Assembly (NCBI RefSeq): GCF_006345805.1
Contig: NC_043001.1
Span: 99,448,001-99,512,000 of the forward strand
Direction: 5' to 3'
Length of the DNA: 64,000 nt
Source: Octopus sinensis
Lineage: Eukaryota
A program made the translations under genes and the position numbers. The notes below the pieces were generated by a model. That model was not told where the DNA came from. It saw only the letters and a list, made by a program, of their open reading frames with translations, and did no database searches. Shown piece by piece: positions 23,676-36,003 of the stretch (the stretch's first letter is position 1; every line of letters begins with the position of its first letter).

Positions 23676-24819
23676 GTAAGTAACCTCTAAATCTCTTAAA
23701 TAGTTTGTCAGATTTGTATATTATGCTTATGTAAGATATATTTCTAAGAAATATCAACAATATTTCTGAGGTTCATCACATTGAGAAAACAAGTTCTCTT
23801 TTTGTTTATGGAAATAATCTCCATTATTACTTGCTCAGTGCTCTTCCAACTGCTAGCCACATAATCTGTTTTTGTGAATCAGACTTTAGCTGTCAGTATT
23901 TCAGCCATGGCCATGCTGTCTTTTTGCTAGTCATCTCTCCTCATCACCCGTGTTGCCATGTTCTTTCCAACCCCATAGCCTCTGCACTAACCACTACTGC
24001 TAATCCTTCCTCCATAGAATGCCAGCTCCCTGGAATGCTCTCCCTCCTCATATCTTTCCTGCGGGTGTTGCATAGTCTAAGCAGAACATTAATGGTATCT
24101 GTCTTAGCGGTCTCAGTCTATGAAGGATCTGAGCATTATCCCTCTCTCCAAACCCAGCAAATGCAATAAGAAAAAAAAAAAAATTGGATAAAAATTAAGG
24201 TATTTTATAACTAACGAGATTGATGTTAGCAGTGCCTAATTCAAATTTTTCTTTTGGCAAAACCTGTGTTTGTCTAAATCTACCTGCATGCAGCTAGATT
24301 AACAGCCAAATATCACCCTCAAAAAACTTGGAACCTCCATCAAACTAGAATGTCAGTTCTTTATTTTGGGATAAATACCTTCCACTCTCCATCCCATTTG
24401 TCTCAGAATACTTGAAAGGGGTGATAGACACTGCCCTTTCTCCAGTCTAAGTGATAAGAGAGAGAGAGAGAGAGCACACATTGCATGATATATTCTGATG
24501 TCTGAAAATAAAACAGAAAACAGGGTTGTCACAGGTGGATCATCTTTGATTGTAGGTCTGTTTCATAAGAGCTGACCTGGAGTTAAACAATTTATGAGCA
24601 GGTATTTGAAAAGTATCTTGACCATAGATACAACACAGCGCTCATAGCAAGTAGAATCCTTTACACTGGTTCTTCCTGTACCATATCACTATGGCTATTC
24701 ACACTCTCTGATAAGATTCAGTACCATTTCCCTAACTATGGTGAACAAAATAAAAAATAAGCAAAATGTAAATAAAACTAGAGATGAATAAAAGAAGGTA
24801 ATAATATTGACAACAACAA

Positions 24820-25580
24820 CAATAATGATCCTTTCTAATTTGGGCACAAGGCCTGAAATTTTGTAGGAGGAAGCTAGCTGAATACATTGACCCCAGTGTT
24901 CAACTAGTATTGACTCTAAAAGGAGGAGAAGCAAAGTCAACCTTGGTGGAATTTGAACTAAGAGCATCAGGTGGATGAAATGCCACTAAGTATTTTGTCC
25001 AACGTGCTAACTATTCTGCCAGCTCTCTGCCTTAACAATAATATTGATAATAATAATAACAATAATAATGTTTCAAATTGTGATTCAAAGCCAACAATTT
25101 TAGTGAAAGTGGGATAGTTGTGTATATCAACTCCAGTACTTGACTAGTGCTTATTTTATTGATTCCAGGGGGATGAAAGGCAAAGTAACCCCCAGCAGGA
25201 CTTGAGCTCAGAACATAAGTTGAAGAAAACTGCTAGATACTTTTGTCCTATGCTCCTATGAGTTAACAGTAACAATAACCACAATGATAATAATGATTTC
25301 AAATTTTGACACAAGGCTAGGTATTTTGGGGGAGGGATTGATTACATCAACCTCAGTGTTCAACTGGAATTTATTTTTTTGACCCCAAAAGGATGAAAGG
25401 TAAAGTCGACCTTGGTGGAATTTGAACCCAGAATGTGAAGATGGATGACATGCTGCTCAGCAATTTGCCCAACCAATTGCCTTAATAACAACAATGATAA
25501 TGATAATAATAATAATCCTTTCTACTAGAAGTACAAAATCTGAAATTTGGAGGCAAGGGGTTTGTCAGTTACATCAACTT
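24820..25580 (-). repeat. Second head-to-tail stack of 3-4 family-B SINE copies with (AAT/AAC)n spacers
   Basis: Units starting near 24820, 25065 and 25290, plus a partial unit near 25510. Confidence 0.8.
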
Positions 25581-25688
25581 TGAAAGGATAATAAACCTAT
25601 AAATTGCAAAGTATTATACAAATTATTAAGTTTGTAATGCAAAATTTAATATTTTGTTCTGATCATTTTGTCTCTTATGTTTTTAAAG

Positions 25689-25758
25689 GAAGCAACAGTA
25701 TTGGCGTTTGAAGATGAAACCAAAATGATAACTCTCAAGTTTCACACTTCTCGTGAAT
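25689..25758 (+). CDS. COIL: Coilin exon 6
   Basis: ttttaaag|EATVLAFEDETKMITLKFHTSRE+T|GTAAGT, compared with human EGRILSHNPETQQVDIEI. 70 nt, phase 0/1. Confidence 0.88.
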
Positions 25759-25879
25759 GTAAGTTGTTTTACACATTTTCCAAACATATGCTGGTGTGTA
25801 TTCATGAGCTTTGTATATTTGACTGTAAGGTTTATATGTGTGTTTATGTGAGAATGTATGTCTATGAATATGTATGTAC

Positions 25880-26370
25880 ATAGGGTTACAGGCAAGGGTG
25901 TGTGATAAGAAGTTTGCTTCTTATCACACACCCATAGTTTCAGGTTCAGGCACACTGTGGCATCTTGGACAAGTGTCTTCTACTATAGCCTCTGATTGAC
26001 CAATATTGTGTAGTAGATTTGTTAGATGGAAACTGAAAGAAGCCCATCGTCATCATCATCATCGTTTAACATGCGTTTTCCATGGGTTGGATGGTTTGAC
26101 TGAGGTTTGGAGAGCTAGCAGCTGCACCAGGCTCCAATTTGATCTGGCAATGTATTTACAGCTGGATGCCCTTCCTCATGCTAACCACTCCAAGAGTGAA
26201 GTGGGTGCTTTTTACGTGCCACCGACACAGGAGCCAGTCAGGCAGGTCTGGCATTGATCATGTTCAGATAGTGCTTTTTACATGCCACCGGTATGGGAGC
26301 CAGTCAGAGGGCACTGGCGTCAACCACATTCAGATGGTACTTTTTACATTCCACCGGCACGAGAGATCTA
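25880..26370. mobile_element. Family-A SINE head (+) abutting an RTE-tail element (-)
   Basis: gtgataagaagtttgcttc...gaaactgaaagaagcccatcg, then (CAT)n cgtttaacatgcgttttccatg... with internal gccaccg...gagccagtca repeats. Confidence 0.7.
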
Positions 26371-27729
26371 TATATGTGTGTGTGTGTGTGTGCTGTCTGT
26401 CTGTCTGTCTTTGCCTTTATATTGCATGATAGTTTGTAAGCAAGTGTTGACATCATGCAAGCAGCATCCTTCATTTTTAATCTGCCTATCATGGGAAAAT
26501 ATTACCTGAGGAAGGAATGTGATAAATGGCAAGACACTAAGACCTTATACATTCTATCTACAAACATCGAACACATGTATGTATATGTAGATATGTGTAT
26601 GTAATGTAAATGTCTCATAAACCTTCAACTAGCTTTTAAGAATCTGTGCTTAGTTAATGTTACCTTAATGTTACATGGGTGAGAGATAACTTTTACTCTA
26701 AATATAACATAAATCTATCTCATGTAGAAATTCTTTATAGTTAGCTAAACTGAAGCATGTAAAATTAAGTGTAGTGCTGAAATACAAAATACTTGCAGTG
26801 AGTTTGAAATCAAGACCTTTGGGTTCATAATCCAAATCCATATCCATTTAGTCATTCCACTTCTACATGTAGATGTGTGGTGCATATGTCTCAATGTAAT
26901 GACTCCCTTTTTAAATATGTGTTTGTGTGTGTGTATGTATGTATGTTTACATAGTTAAGGGATTAAGATGTTTGCTATGAAACCGCGAGAGCCTGGGTTC
27001 GGTCCCACTGGACTAATGTAAACTATACTGAAGCATGTTACGTGAGACTCCATCATGTGCATATCCTCTTCATCACCATTTACTACATATATTCCATGCT
27101 GGTGTGAGTTGGATGGTTTCACTACATTTGACTGGTCTGAAGATTACATTGTGTTCCAACATCTGCTTTGGCATGGTAGTGACAACTGTAGAAACTGGGT
27201 ATGATTGAGGGGTGACCAATGATACTGACAAGATAGGGAAGAGGCAGTGACTGACAGTGACTGAAAGTGGGTGGAGAGTAACAGACTAGTAATTATGAAA
27301 ATGCTATGGACAGGAGAAGAATGAGAGAGGATGGGAGAAAGAGAGACAGATGTTGTGGTTAGATAGTTTGTTAGAATGTGGGACAGACATAGTGAACAGA
27401 AAAGAAGGGTGATGTATGGTGGTGGAGGAGAGTTAATTTGGTGGATCAGTGTAAAATGTGGGTGAAAAGGACAGTATTAAAAATGTAGGATGAGTATCAG
27501 GATATTTCTGTTGGTATCTGTTTACATTTAAATTACAGCAGCAGAATACTACTGTTAAACAGAGGATGAGTGGCTGAGATGTCTTGAAAAGGAAATTGGT
27601 CTGGGGAGCCTAGTTGTGCATATATATATATAACAAGAAAGTTTACGAAAATAAACAAAAGACAAAGGCAGGTGGAGTACAAACAAACAAATGTATTAGT
27701 ATAGCGCTCAGGAATAGAAATAAAAAAAG

Positions 27730-27767
27730 TCTTTTACGTTTCGAGCCTATGCTCTTCGACAGAAAGA
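27730..27767 (-). ncRNA. Minimal hammerhead-like motif, variant core CTGTCGA, in a Penelope-type end fragment
   Basis: Minus strand tcttt-CTGTCGA-A-gagc[atag]gctc-GAAAC-GT-A-aaaga: stem I 5 bp, stem II 4 bp, palindromic ACGT stem III, GUA cleavage triplet. Position 6 is U rather than the conserved A. Confidence 0.45.
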
Positions 27768-27849
27768 TACACAGAAAAAAACAAGGAGAGAAAAAATATA
27801 TAATGCCGTATTTGAAAGGTAACAATAAAATGTTTCAGAGGTGCTAGAG

Positions 27850-28991
27850 AACTGATTTATTTAATCAAAGTATGATCCATGTTCATTTATGATGTTTACC
27901 CAATGTTTCTCTATGTCATATATTCCATCTTTAAAAAAAGCCTCATCTTTTGCTGTGATAAACTGTCTGAATGCTTCAATTACCTCTTCTCTTTTTAAGA
28001 ATGTTTTATTGCTTATGAAAAGCTCAAAATACTTAAATAAGTGATGATCAGTAGGAGAGATGTCAGGAATAGGGAGGATGTTGCAAAATCTCATAATTCA
28101 GGCTTTGCAACTTTCGGACAAAAGTGTGAGGATGTGCATTGTCATGGAGCAAAATTGGGCCATCTCTACTCACTAGTCTGGGTTGCTTCTTTTTCAAATT
28201 CTCATGCATACAATCAATTTCCTGGCAATACAATGTTGCTGTTACCATTTTTCCTTGTTGCAAAAATGAATAACTTCCTTTGCAGACCAACATACAGTGA
28301 CCTCTAACTTTTTAGGGTGCAATGTTGGGTTTGGGTAGTGTTTAGGTAACTCTCCTGCATCTAATCACTGTCCTGTTCTGCTGTTGTCAAAGAATATTCA
28401 TTTCTCATCACAAGTAATGATTTGATCCAAAAATGATCTTTTTCCAGACAAGAAAGCAATAAGGAGCATACTTTGAGGTGTCAGCTTTTTTGAATCTCGT
28501 TCAGTTGATGTGGAACAAACCTATCTGTTTTCTTGACTTTTCCAATTTTTTATGGGTGTCCAAAAACAGTTGTGCAACATGTTTGGAGTTCTGATGAAAG
28601 TTTTGAAACCTTTGTTCTCAGCTTTTGTTCAACCAAAGCATTTAATCCATCATGCCCTTGGTTTATTTTCAAGGCTATCATCTCCTGAACGAGAGTTTTG
28701 GAACCATCTCTGAACAGTTTTGATGTTAACAAAACCATTACCAAATGCCTGCTTGATATTCCGTAGAGCTTCTACGGCAGAGTGACCCAGTTTGTACTCA
28801 TATGAGAAAATCACTTAACATAGTTTGGTTATTATCATTTTCATAAGGTCTGTGGGTACAAATTTTGTATACCAATATTGTTGGGAAAGAAAAAGAGTCA
28901 AGATTAAATGCAAGGTTTACATAATTGAACTTTTAAATGACTGAAATAACAAGTAATTAAAAATGCAACATTTCTTGTGAAACAACCTAAT
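27850..28991 (-). mobile_element. Decayed mariner element
   Basis: ILLHDNAHPHT...LQHPPYS and PDISPTDHHLFK...GSYFD (YSPDLAP-like motif). Terminus ttaggttgtttcacaag on the minus strand, next to TA. Confidence 0.85.
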
Positions 28992-29000
28992 ATATATATA

Positions 29001-30252
29001 CAGGGGTTGGAAAAAAATAATGGAAACACCTTAAAATTTCAAACAAATTTATTTTAATATGGAGTAGGACCACCTTTGGCAGTAATTACAGCTTAAATTC
29101 TATGAGGTATAGACTCATACAACATTTGAATTGTTTCCAAAGAAATTTTTGTCCATTCTTCAGCTAAAACAGTCTCCGGTTCTTATAGTGATGATGGCGG
29201 AGGATATCGACTCCTTACTTGTTTTTCTAAATTGCACCATAAATGTTCAATAATATTGAGATCTGGGGACTGTGGTGGTCAGATAAGATGTTCAACTTCA
29301 CTAGAATGTTCCTCATGCCATTCAGTAACAACTTTAACTGTGTGAATTGGTGCATTATCATCCTGAAAGATTGCGTTTCCCACCGGAAACTGTTCTGCAA
29401 CCATAGGATGAATTTGATCAGATAAAATGCTTAAATAGTCTTGACTATTAATTCTGCCATGAAGGGAAACCATTGAGCTGGTGGATTTCCAAGATATAGC
29501 TCCCTAGATCATCACAGATCCTCCTCCATGTTTAACAGTTGGAAGAAGGCAGTCTGGGTCAAATGCCTCTTTTGGCTGTCACTACACATATACTCAGCTG
29601 ATGGTTGGAAATAGGGTAAAGGATGACTCGTCCAAAAAGATAACATTCTTCCACTGCTCTAGAGACCAATTCTGTATGTTTTTACTCCATTCTAAATGCT
29701 TTGCAACATTTGTTTTTGAAAGTAGTGGTTTTCTGATTGCAGCCCTCCCATGAAATCTGGTGAACAGTTTTTGTGGAAACTGGGTTCTCGAGGTTGTCAT
29801 TAAGCTCTGTGGTAATTTTGGGAGCTGTACTTTTGTGAACCTTTCTAACAATATGCATGAGTTCAACAGTCCCTATCTGAAAGTTTTGGTTTTCTTCCGG
29901 AGTTTTGTTTCAACAAGGAGGTTTTCCCTCTTTCTCAAAGGCTGTCATTACTTTCGAGACAGTACTTCTTGATACACCAAACATTTCAACTGTTTTCGTT
30001 ATGCTACCGCTTGCCATACAAGCACCAAGAATTTGACCTCTATGAAAGTCCAATAGATTTGTCATTTTAATGAATTTTGATTACCTGTTTCTGATGATAT
30101 CTGAAAAGAAACAGCAATTTTAGCAAAACATATTAAGCAACGCTAATAATAAATCAAAAAACAAAAATAAACAAGCTTTTGACGGTTTTATAGATATTTG
30201 AAAATTATGATGCTATAATACTAGGTGTTTCCATTATTTTGTCCAACCCCTG
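29001..30252 (-). mobile_element. Full-length but decayed Tc1 element with TIRs and TA target
   Basis: TIRs caggggttggaaaaaaataatggaaacacct (29001) and aggtgtttccattattttgtccaacccctg (30223-30252), flanked by TA. Transposase remnants WKNVIFLDESSF and IFQDDNAPIH. Confidence 0.92.
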
Positions 30253-30287
<35 letters not shown>

Positions 30288-30329
30288 GTGTGTGTGTGTA
30301 TATACATTTATATATGCCACCCGTGCCGG

Positions 30330-30752
30330 TGGCACATAAAGAACACCTTTCTAGCATTGGGCCTCACAGAGGCAAAGTGGCTGAATTCCTTTCGAGTGTC
30401 AGGCTTCACAGAGGCAATGACCAAGAGTTTTGGCATTATGTTGTGCTTGAGAAGAAAACCCATCAATCCGAGCAAAATCACAGTTGTGGAAGATACTAGT
30501 GTCACGCAAATGGTACCCGTGCTGGTGGCATGTAAAAGCACCCCCTTGTCACGCAAATGGAACCTGTACTGGTGGCACATAAAAGCGTCCATTACACTCT
30601 TGGAGTAGTTGGTGCTAGGAAGGGCATCCATCTGTAGAAAACCATGCCAAATCAGACTGGAGTCAGTGCAGCCTTCCAGTGTGTTAACCTGGTCAAACCA
30701 TTCGACCCATGCCAGCATGGACAATGGACGTTAAATGATGATGATGATGATA
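30330..30752 (+). mobile_element. 5'-truncated RTE 3' end with (ATG)n tail
   Basis: GFTEAMTK-type C-terminus, ggaagggcatcc...gcatggacaatggacgttaaatgatgatgat. Confidence 0.75.
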
Positions 30753-30849
30753 TATATATAATTTAATGTATACAAGTATACAGTTACGAGTAACATATAT
30801 GTATGTGCGTGTATTGCGCTTCCAGAATCTGTTTCACTGAGATGATTTG

Positions 30850-31045
30850 GTCTTTTCAAGAACTGCATACTGTCAGTTATCTTTGTTCTCTGTCATCCCC
30901 TCTGTGAAGTTCAAGGTCCTGAGACCAACCTTTACCACTTCGCTGCTTGTCTTCCCAGGTTTCTCTCCTCTGTATGCTCTACCACATAATATGATCGGCG
31001 CTCCTTTATACAGCTGTCTTCATCACTATTCATTACATGCCCATA
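30850..31045 (-). mobile_element. RTE C-terminal fragment
   Basis: Minus-strand translation ...PGKTSSEVVKVGLRTLNFTEGMT...YAVLEKT. Confidence 0.55.
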
Positions 31046-31056
31046 CCTATGCAGAC

Positions 31057-32630
31057 TTTTTTTTTTATTCACTAGAAATTACAACCATGTTTCGTGGTCT
31101 GCTACCACAACAGCTCCTTTATAGGATCCAGTTAGCTCAAGACATCATCAGGAGGAACCACATCCGGTTTCGGCCCCTACTCCTCTACCGTTTTGATGTG
31201 GCGGGGGCCCCCCTTTTGGAGGTGTCTTCAGCTCTGGTGTTGGGTGCATGTCTCCTTTCTTCTGTTTCTTGCCTCTTCAATGTATCGTCAGCGAGTGTCA
31301 GCCGGTGACTGACTGACTTGTCAAATTTTTCCCTTTAAATACCTGCCACAAGGCTCCAGCAGGCAGCCCCAGCAAGTTGTCACTTGACACTGTCTCACCT
31401 TAACTGACTAGTGAAGGCACGTAGTTTTAGCCTGCGCATTCTCTAAACGACCGTCACCTGTCAGTCAGCGAAGCTGATTCAGTGTCAGCTTGTCTCACCT
31501 AGTGATGTTATTTCCCACCAGCATGTTATGACTTTCAAGCCATTTTCGGTCTTCCCGCTTCAGCCATATATAGAAGCTGGCTTTTTTGACTGCCTCCTGT
31601 ACTCTCCTTATTAGTTTTTGCAGCTCAGAGCTAGAAAAAACAAATCTTCTTTTGAAAAGCGTTGTCATTTTCCTTTCAATGAAGCCTCTAGCCCCCACTG
31701 CCAGGTGATAATATTCGATATTCCATCCCTGTTCTCTGCATTCTTCAATTAGCTTTTCGTACCTCTTCTCCTTTCGTTCCTCTGCATTGCCGATGTTCTT
31801 CCCAAGGTACTGTCAGTTCTAGTAAAATTCCTATTCTCTGGTCTCTTTTCCATAGGACTAAATCTGGTCTTTTTGTTGTTTTTATTGGTGGAAATATTAC
31901 TTGTCTTTCCAAGTCCATGGCCACCTCCCAGTATCCCTTCCATCTTCCGTCTATCTTGTATACTTTACTTGTAGGCCTGGTTTTATATCCTTTTCCCTCC
32001 TTGTGGAAGTATACTTTCCTGCGCTTTTCTACTTTTGGGTACTCTCCCCTATTGTACCTCTCGATCTTCTCCTTGAGTGCTGCGCTTATGACGCCGAGGA
32101 TTGATTATGCCGCCATGTATATATTTCTAGTGCTAGTCTGCAATTTGACAGAACATGTCAACCGTCGCTTTCTCTCCGCATCTACACTCATCGGTTGTTT
32201 TTATGTTCCACCAGACTAAGTTCGCCGGTGAGGGTAGAACGTCGAAAGTAGACTTGATCAGGAAGGATGTTCTTGCTTTTTCCCAAGCCCAAAGTTTCTT
32301 CCATGATATTCTGCGGCTGATCACATATTCCTCCCATCTCAGGCACTGTCCCTGTTGACTGCATTGCACCAAATGTACATTTCGCCTTTCTTCTTCCTCC
32401 TTTCTCACCTCGTATACCACTGCCTCTTTCATCTCTTTTATACTGCTCTTGCAAAATGGCCTGAAATTTTGCGACCTTAGGCTGGTTCTATATTTGAATC
32501 CTTTTATCCAATTTTTCTCTTCAAACACTTGTGCTTTGTCATTCATGCACATTAACATTGCACATCCAATGGAACATGTTAGTTTCATTTCTTACTCAAT
32601 TCCTCTGCTTTCAAGGCCTTTGTCTTACTA
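31057..32630 (-). mobile_element. 5'-truncated HERO/R2-superfamily non-LTR retrotransposon (Zn knuckle plus restriction-like endonuclease)
   Basis: QQGQCLRWE...ISWKKLWAWEKARTSFLIKSTFDVLPSPANL, YTWRHN, RPDLVLW...LELTVPWEENI, GARGFI...KASFYIWLKRED. 3' UTR ends in AATAAA plus an A-run at about 31057. Confidence 0.85.
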
Positions 32631-33604
32631 ACATGTAGCATTGCAGTTCTAACCCAAACATCATACAGCATCCTTCACTGTGAGGGAAAATACCTTCATT
32701 GCTAGCAGCCATAGAAACTGGTGTGCTCCCAGTATGTATTACTCTTGTTATATATGAAGCTTACTTTCTCTGTTTGTCTGCCTGTAATTCCACTTCTACT
32801 ACACCCCTTGTGTGTCCATAACTTTCATTAGATATAATACGCACACACATATAAAGGTTCTCATATCATCCATCACATGTGTGTTTTCAGACAAGTAAAC
32901 TGAAGCAGTAAGTAAACTCTGAGGTTGAGATTGCACATTCCTAGCTTTACTTCATATCTAGGTGAAACTAGTGAGTATACAATTGTATATTTTCTGCCCA
33001 GAAACACAACTCAGCAAACTTATTCAGAACCTTTCAGCAATCTAGAACATTTTGTCTCTCCAGCTCTAAATCTAATTTCTTATTTTGGCAAAAGGCCAAA
33101 GATGTGCAGAGATGTATGACATAGTGAAAAGCTATTGCTGTCACCTACAAAGAAGTATGACTTTATAACATGTATCACGCTTTTGATAATTACTTTTGGT
33201 GCCTATGTAGTTGTGAGTACATATTAGACAGCCTGTTGGCCTACCCACCCTTGACCCAACTGAACATTGAGTGTGTGACAGCTGGAAGGAGAGAGGGCTG
33301 CACCAGCACCAGGCTGGTACTTATAGAGTGAAGCAACAGGAAGTGATGTGAAATGAAGTAGTGCATTACCTGGCCCAGCAATTGTACTCATAACCATATG
33401 ATCACGAGTTCTACATTCTAACTACTAGGCCATGTGACTTATTATAATTGAGTGAATCACTTCCAAGTATATCTACTACTATCCTAAATGAAAGAAATGC
33501 AATGATGAACCTAATGAGATTTGAATTCAGAAGACAGAGGATCAAGCTAAGTTCTGAAAGTCAGTAATCTTTGATGTCATTCCACTGTCTTAGAATAAGT
33601 TATC

Positions 33605-33815
33605 ATAACTATTTCTAGTTTAGACACAAGGCCAGCAATTTTGGTGGGTAAGAGGCTAGTTGATAACATCAAACTCAGTACTTTGCAACTTTATTTTACC
33701 GACTTTGGAGAGTTAAAAGGCAAAGTTGCCCATGACAAGATTTGAACTCAGAACATAGAAAAGTGGAAGAAACGCTGCAAGGTATTGTGTCTGTTCTAAC
33801 AATTCTACCAATCCA
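33605..33815 (-). mobile_element. Family-B SINE (decayed)
   Basis: cacaaggccagcaatttt...aaaggcaaagttg...atttgaactcagaac. Confidence 0.7.
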
Positions 33816-33902
33816 TTCCCCTAATAAAATGTAATGGTAACATTCTCTCCTAGTTTCATTTATCTTTGATTTTATTATATGTTTATTTGCTGCAATTTTT
33901 AG

Positions 33903-33985
33903 TGAAAAGAACTGATGGGAAGTTTGAATTGTGTTTTGAAGTTGAAGAGGTGAAAAATACTGAAAATGAACCTGATAATGACATG
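33903..33985 (+). CDS. COIL: Coilin exon 7
   Basis: aatttttag|TG then KRTDGKFELCFEVEEVKNTENEPDNDM|GTATGT, compared with human REPGKFDL. Phase 1/0. Confidence 0.9.
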
Positions 33986-34274
33986 GTATGTAAATTCTAG
34001 TTTTCAGAAACTTTCTTTTGAAAAAATCACTTGACTTGCAGCTTATTAAGATGAAATGCTATCTTCATAAATACATTGCTGTCTCACATGGTGGACTAAC
34101 AGTTAAATTGCATGTATGTGATTGGATGGTATTTCACTTTCCATACAACTATATAGTTTAGGGTTCCATCTCACTACTTGGCATCTTGTGCAATGTCTTC
34201 TACTATAGCTTTAGGCCATTTAATGTCTTGTGAGTGAATATAGATGTACACTGTGTAGTATATATATATATATA

Positions 34275-34430
34275 TATATATTTGTAAAGTGGTTGGAATT
34301 AGGAAGGGCATCCAGCTGCAGAAACCATGCCAGAACAGGCAATGGAGTTTGGTGAAGCCCCTGGTCCTACCAGCTCCTGTCAAACTGTCCAACCCATGCT
34401 AGCATGGAAAACGGACGTTAAATGATGATA
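34275..34430 (+). mobile_element. RTE-tail SINE fragment (family C)
   Basis: ggaagggcatccagctgcagaaaccatgcc...ccatgctagcatggaaaacggacgttaaatgatgat. Confidence 0.75.
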
Positions 34431-34440
34431 GTGCTGGTGA

Positions 34441-34479
<39 letters not shown>

Positions 34480-35280
34480 TGTATGTGTGTGTGTGTGTGT
34501 ATTCTTGCTTGTCTTCACATTGCCATTCTAGGAGTAAAATCAGTGACAGTATTGTAAATTGTAAACAATATATCCTGTAGTTTGGCATTTTTCTTAGCAT
34601 TACAAATGCAAGCCATTTCACAGAATTCTTAAGTTGCCTTCTGCTGAGTTTCATTTGCAAAGCTTGGGTCAACATGAGATTACAAAAGAAGACACTTGCC
34701 CTAGATGCCATATAGTGGAGGAAAACTTCTTAACCACTGAACTATGTTTATATTTTACATATAACTCATTGCTTACCCAGAATATGTAATATAGAATAAA
34801 TCTGAGCTGCATACTTAACTTTCAAATAATATGGCTCACTGTTTATCATAACAAACTGATTTCTTCACAAATTCCTGCAACTTATAAAGTTGATAATTAG
34901 ATATCCTTGATGAAGTAGATCTATGATCGAAGCTATGCTACTCATGACAACTGCATCACTCAATGTGTTCTTTTTTGTAAAAGAAACAGTGGGGCATAAT
35001 TTCATCAAAAGTTGTCTGCTACTTCTTGCAGGTTGACCGACTGTGTAGAGGCTCACTAAATGTGTAGCAATGGTGGTGATGGTGGGTCAATGTTTTTTTA
35101 TATGGATCATACTCAATTTGTTCCTCTTCAGTTTCTGTAAAGCTTTTACATTGTGTTTCAGTGTTACCCTTTGTACGCTATGTAGGTTACAGCAAAAGTA
35201 ACAATATTCTGAGAACAGATAGATAACCCAATAAAAAGAAATTACATAAAAGTTTCATGAAATAGATGAATGATGAACCT

Positions 35281-35315
<35 letters not shown>

Positions 35316-35809
35316 CCTCTCCCCCCCACTCTCTCTCAGGGATACAATAACAGTCTATTACAGGTAGCATCCTACATTCTTTGGGGCATACAGAATTATT
35401 CTGTGTACTACTTTGAAACTCATTATCTGGAAGTTATAAATCAAATATGTTCTCAATTTCACTCTCTACAGAAAGGTGCAGAACCTTGTTTGCATCCAGA
35501 GATGTAATTTCTACTGCATTCAAATAAGTTGCATTCTTATGAATTTGTAAAATCAAAGATTCCTTATTTTTCCCAGCACAGACACACCTTTACAAGTTCT
35601 TATTCACTTGTAATTTGCCCTTTACACTTTAAAATATTCTCCAGTTAAGCTTTCAAGATATAATTACCAAATCTGTTTCATTGATAAAACAGTGTTTCTT
35701 CTGTTACATTTCTTTCTTCATCTAGTCTTAAATATTTTTGAACGTCAATATTAGTACAATTTGTATTTCATTTGACTCTTTATAATTGTATTTATGTTTT
35801 TTATTGCAG

Positions 35810-35863
35810 GAAACTGTTCTCTTCAGTACTCTTATGGATGTAAAGCTACTGTCCAAGTCATAA
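35810..35863 (+). CDS. COIL: Coilin exon 8 (last)
   Basis: ttttattgcag|ETVLFSTLMDVKLLSKS*, compared with human ITVFWKELIDPRLI. The joined CDS is 2319 nt (772 aa plus stop) with no internal stop. Confidence 0.88.
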   Translation, partial: ETVLFSTLMDVKLLSKS

Positions 35864-35997
35864 CTTGAAGATTATTATATTTTATTATTATTATTATCAT
35901 TATTATTATTATTATTATTAATTTTGATGATTTATTTTTATATAGCAATATTTGTACATAATTGTAAAAAGTTTGTATAATATTAAATTCTATACTA

Positions 35998-36003
35998 AAT
36001 AAA
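35998..36003 (+). promoter_or_regulatory. Probable polyadenylation signal of coilin
   Basis: AATAAA about 135 nt after the stop codon, followed by a GT/T-rich stretch. Confidence 0.55.

Noticed and set aside
31075-31165. CTGATGA...CGAAAC in the HERO 3' UTR as an intact hammerhead
   Set aside because: Stem II does not close next to both core segments and stem I does not pair; at best a decayed relic.
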